A stretch of DNA of 60,372 nucleotides, filler included. It is 5 parts of 5 records of this genome, joined end to end, with 100 filler letters (N's around TTAATTAATTAA, not from the genome) between each part and the next. Parts side by side here need not be neighbours in the genome. Positions count along the whole stretch, not along the records: positions 37,522 to 60,372 come from SRR20825019_116; 4 more parts are not named here. One strand, 5' to 3'. The translations under genes were made by a program, and so were the position numbers. The notes beneath the pieces are model-generated. The model ran no database searches, was not told the origin of the DNA, and saw nothing but the letters and a program-made list of their open reading frames with translations. This document shows positions 56,986-60,372 of the stretch, piece after piece; positions within the stretch are counted from its first letter, which is position 1; each line of letters starts with the position of its first letter.

Positions 56986-59667
56986 ATGCTGAAAGCGCAT
57001 AATCTGCGCGTCAACGCCCTTGCAGAACCATCCGGTCTGAATGGCGAACCGCCCCGGTTTTCCTGGATGCTTGACGGCAGTGCAGGCCGACAGGCTGCAT
57101 TTCGGGTGGTTGCCAGTACGGATCGCAAGAAAGCCGAAAACGGAATTGGTGACCTTTGGGACAGTGGCAAACGTGAAGGCCAATGGCCGGGCGTGGCATG
57201 GGATGGCACACCGCCACCGTCAGATCTTTCGCTCTGGTGGTCCGTTTGTCTTTTTGATGAAAACGGCAAAACAGATGGGTTCTGCGAACCCGCACATTTC
57301 TTCACCGGGCTGCGCCCCGAAGACTGGTCGGCTGAATGGATCGCACGTTATTTCGTGCTTCCGGTCGGGCGTGAAGTGCCGCAGGGAAACCGCTATGACA
57401 ACCGCTATCAGGCACGTCCCGCAGATTATTTGCGCCGGGTTCTGAACCTGCAGGAAAAGCCAGTGCGTGTGCATGCCTATGTCTCTGCACTCGGGCTTTA
57501 CGAACTCTCGATCAACGGCAATCGCATTGGCGACTATGTGATGGCGCCGGGCTGGACCGACTACCATAAACGCGCGGAATATCAGAGTTTTGATGTCACC
57601 GAGGCATTTCAGCATGGTGACAACGTGATCGGTGTTATTCTCGGTGAGGGCTGGTACTCCGGTCGCATCGGCCACAATCAGCGCCGGGCAGGCAACCATT
57701 ATGGCGGACGCCCTGCATTGCTGTGCCAGTTTCGTCTCGAATATGCAGATGGCCGGATTGAAGAAATCACAAGCGATTCAAACTGGCAAACAACGCAAGG
57801 GCCGATCCTCTACAGCGATTTCCTGGCCGGTGAAGCCTATGACGCCCGCCTCGAAATAACCGGATGGGACAAACCTGGTTTTGATGCGTCAGACTGGCAA
57901 CCGGTGGAGGTGTTTACGCCGGACCCCGCAGCACCGCACCTTGATGCCCAACGTGTGCAGCCCGCCCGCGAAGTCGCCCGTTTTGATGGCCGTTTCCTGC
58001 ATGAGAAAGATGGTGCGCGCATCTATGATTTTTCGCAGAACCTCGCCGGTTATGCGGAACTTGAAGTTCAGGCACCAGCCGGCACGGTTTTCAGGCTGCG
58101 CTTTGCCGAGCGCCTGACAGATGACGGCGCACTTTACCTCGACAATATGCGCTATGCAGTCAACGAGGACATATATATCGCCAAAGGCGAAAATATAGAG
58201 GTATTCAAGCCGCGTTTCACGTTTCGCGGCTTTCAGTATGCCAGCCTGACAATAGAAGGCAAAGTCTCGGAAGAGCCGAAGCTGACGGCCATCGCTATTC
58301 AGACCGACACACCGGAATCCGGCACAATCGAAACCGGAAACGCACTCGTGAACCAGCTTTTATCCAACATCATGTGGGGGCAGCGCGGAAACTTTCTGTC
58401 CGTTCCGACAGACTGCCCGCAGCGCGATGAGCGATATGGCTGGACCGCTGATGCACAGGTGTTCTGGCGCACCGCCGGATATAACATGGATGTGGAGGCT
58501 TTTCTCAACAAGTGGATGGAAGACCTGATTGACGGTCAGTCGCCGGAAGGCGCATTCCCCGACGTAGCCCCCACCAAGCCGCTCAACCCTTACCGCCTGA
58601 CCCCGCAACCCGGAGCACCCGGCTGGGGCGATGGGCCGATTATCATGGTCTGGCAGCATTATTTGCGCTATGGCGATCATCACCTTTTATTGCGCACCTA
58701 TGAACATCTTGTCGCGTGGATGGACTATATCGAAGATGCCAATCCTGACGGCATACGCCGCAACCGCAACAACAACAACTACGGTGACTGGCTGAATGTC
58801 GGCCCCAAGACCGACCCCTTTCTTGTCGCAACGGCATACTGGATCCATATCGCCGACCTGATGACAGCAATCGCGCAGGCTATCGGGCGCAACCCGGCAC
58901 GCTGGGAAAAACTCGCAGAGCGCAACCGGGCCGCCTTTTGCGACACTTTCTGCGAAGATGAAGGACGGCTTACAAGCGATACGCAGACGGCCTATCTTCT
59001 CGCACTGGATTTCAACATTCTGCCTGAAAACCTACGCTCATTGGCTGCAAACCATCTCGAACGCCTGTTTGAAGAGGCCGGATGGCACCTCCAAACCGGC
59101 TTTCTGGGTGTTCGCCATGTTTGCCCGGTGGTGGCTAATCATATTGGCGAAGAACAGGCCGTCGATCTTTTACTGAAAGAAAGCTACCCCTCCTGGGGGT
59201 TTTCGATCCGCCACGGTGCAACGACGATCTGGGAACGGTGGGATGGCTGGACACCGGAGAATGGTTTTCAAAGCCCGAACATGAACTCGTTCAATCACTA
59301 CGCTTATGGTTCTGTCGGTGAATGGATTTGGTCACGGTTGGCGGGCATAGACGGAGCAAAGTCCGGGCCCGGTTATCGCCACATCGTAATGAAACCTGTT
59401 TTTGACCGGCGTATTGGTTGTGTAAAAGCCAGCTACAGCGCCCGTACGGGAACCATTGAAAGCCATTGGTGGCTTGAGGGTGACAGCGGCCACTGGACGG
59501 TCACGGTTCCGCCCGGCAGCACAGCCGAGATCGAACTGCCAGCAAATGTCAGCACAGCCGCATTGAATGGAAAAGCAACACCGGACAGAAAGCTGCGGCT
59601 TGAGGCAGGAACGCACAGCTTCACGTTTTCACTTCGAAGCAATAACGAAATTCAGAAACGTTCCTAG
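56986..59667 (+). CDS. Glycoside hydrolase family 78 (alpha-L-rhamnosidase-like), no signal peptide
   Basis: DLWDSG, SALGLYE, PGWTDY, DF.QN.AG, PTDCPQRDER.GWT.DAQ, GDWL, TGFLG, GATTIWERW, MNSFNHYAYG. Confidence 0.93.
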   Translation: MLKAHNLRVNALAEPSGLNGEPPRFSWMLDGSAGRQAAFRVVASTDRKKAENGIGDLWDSGKREGQWPGVAWDGTPPPSDLSLWWSVCLFDENGKTDGFCEPAHFFTGLRPEDWSAEWIARYFVLPVGREVPQGNRYDNRYQARPADYLRRVLNLQEKPVRVHAYVSALGLYELSINGNRIGDYVMAPGWTDYHKRAEYQSFDVTEAFQHGDNVIGVILGEGWYSGRIGHNQRRAGNHYGGRPALLCQFRLEYADGRIEEITSDSNWQTTQGPILYSDFLAGEAYDARLEITGWDKPGFDASDWQPVEVFTPDPAAPHLDAQRVQPAREVARFDGRFLHEKDGARIYDFSQNLAGYAELEVQAPAGTVFRLRFAERLTDDGALYLDNMRYAVNEDIYIAKGENIEVFKPRFTFRGFQYASLTIEGKVSEEPKLTAIAIQTDTPESGTIETGNALVNQLLSNIMWGQRGNFLSVPTDCPQRDERYGWTADAQVFWRTAGYNMDVEAFLNKWMEDLIDGQSPEGAFPDVAPTKPLNPYRLTPQPGAPGWGDGPIIMVWQHYLRYGDHHLLLRTYEHLVAWMDYIEDANPDGIRRNRNNNNYGDWLNVGPKTDPFLVATAYWIHIADLMTAIAQAIGRNPARWEKLAERNRAAFCDTFCEDEGRLTSDTQTAYLLALDFNILPENLRSLAANHLERLFEEAGWHLQTGFLGVRHVCPVVANHIGEEQAVDLLLKESYPSWGFSIRHGATTIWERWDGWTPENGFQSPNMNSFNHYAYGSVGEWIWSRLAGIDGAKSGPGYRHIVMKPVFDRRIGCVKASYSARTGTIESHWWLEGDSGHWTVTVPPGSTAEIELPANVSTAALNGKATPDRKLRLEAGTHSFTFSLRSNNEIQKRS

Positions 59668-59833
59668 TGGAATGAATTTGACATCTGAGTCCCGCTTCAG
59701 CGACCTCGTCCATCAAATGTCAAATTCTAAAATGCCACTAGAAAACCTATACTTGCTAGTGGTCCCTATGACCCCCAACATTTGCTGATGAGGCCGTAGC
59801 AAGGGGAACCAAATGTTGGAATCGGACCATTAG
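59664..59833. mobile_element. ~170-bp non-autonomous double-hairpin repeat (MITE/RIME-like) bounded by CTAG-type ends
   Basis: CTAGTGG..GAATTTGACAT / ATGTCAAATTC..CCACTAG and CTAGTGGTCC..CCAACATTTG / CAAATGTTGG..GGACCATTAG. Confidence 0.6.
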
Positions 59834-59948
59834 AGTCATTTCAGAAAAGAGGAGCCCGGTTTTCACCCGGCGTCCTTTCAAAAAGCGGTAATATCTATAA
59901 TTCCGTGAAGAAAGGCAGGCGTTCTTCCGTCAGAATTTCAGCAGGTCA

Positions 59949-60371
59949 TCACCAGGATGCCTGCACATGAAACTGGCGATCGAAATGCCTCTTTTCATTG
60001 TGAGCTTGAAACAGCGTCTCTGCTTTATCGTCAGCATCGGCTTGTGCGAAGACGCTGCCGACGCCGAACAGGACCGGATTGTCATAGCCGATTTTAGCCA
60101 TGCCCCGGCCAAGGCTCGCGAGCGTGCCGTGCCAGCGCCGCTCGTCGGTACGGCTGATATTGGCGGCGATCAGGACCGGTGTTTCGGGCGCAAGGCCTTC
60201 GGCCATCAGCCTGTTGCTGATCTCGTCAGCCGTGCGCCCGCCCATGTAGAACATCGTCGTCGTCTTCGGATCGGCGATGGCGCGCCAATCGACATCGTCC
60301 GGCAACGCGCCTTGTTTCGAATGGCCGGTGACAAACCGCACAGACTGGGCGCAATCGCGGTGGGTGAGCGA
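59949..60371 (-). CDS. cobA: Uroporphyrinogen-III C-methyltransferase (CobA/CysG SUMT domain), 5' truncated
   Basis: SLTHRD.AQSVRFVTGH, DW.A.A, T.MFYMG, TPV, P.LFGVG. Confidence 0.9.
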   Translation of the reverse strand, partial: SLTHRDCAQSVRFVTGHSKQGALPDDVDWRAIADPKTTTMFYMGGRTADEISNRLMAEGLAPETPVLIAANISRTDERRWHGTLASLGRGMAKIGYDNPVLFGVGSVFAQADADDKAETLFQAHNEKRHFDRQFHVQASW

Positions 60372-60372
60372 G

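Noticed and set aside
1..60372. CRISPR array, cas genes, transposases, prophage, rRNA
   Set aside because: No regularly spaced direct repeats or corresponding protein motifs found by eye

Overview
This window is not one locus. It is five unrelated contigs joined by artificial 100-nt spacers (44 N + TTAATTAATTAA + 44 N) at 12573-12672, 19947-20046, 28016-28115 and 37422-37521. Contig 1 (1-12572, Rhizobiales-like alphaproteobacterium) carries a tRNA-Ser 5' end, a GntR / aldo-keto reductase / enolase-superfamily / sulfatase / TctCBA catabolic cluster, a hipBA-type toxin-antitoxin pair and a polar amino-acid ABC importer. Contig 2 (12673-19946) is eukaryotic nuclear DNA with short spliceosomal introns. 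It holds a multi-exon secreted-protein gene, a SRAP/HMCES gene, a class-IV PLP enzyme gene and an intronless BRCT-like ORF, with very GC-rich spacers at the 5' ends. Contig 3 (20047-28015, Roseobacter-like) runs rpsR-rplI, accessory genes including cpdB, then tig. Contig 4 (28116-37421) has CaiB/TctCAB/LysR and an AraC / TonB-receptor / siderophore-SBP iron locus. Contig 5 (37522-60372) is a dense catabolic region: ABC permease + beta-CASP hydrolase + dual-specificity phosphatase + LacI; RraA/FadR/TctCBA/SDR; fucose-isomerase family + FGGY kinase + LacI; TRAP + DapA-like + GntR + GH78; and a partial cobA/cysG. No CRISPR array, rRNA or transposase is visible. The best candidates for undescribed systems are the beta-CASP/DSP/ABC operon and the two sugar-acid clusters with paralogous GntRs and related operators. 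All function calls come from motif recognition by eye, not database searches.
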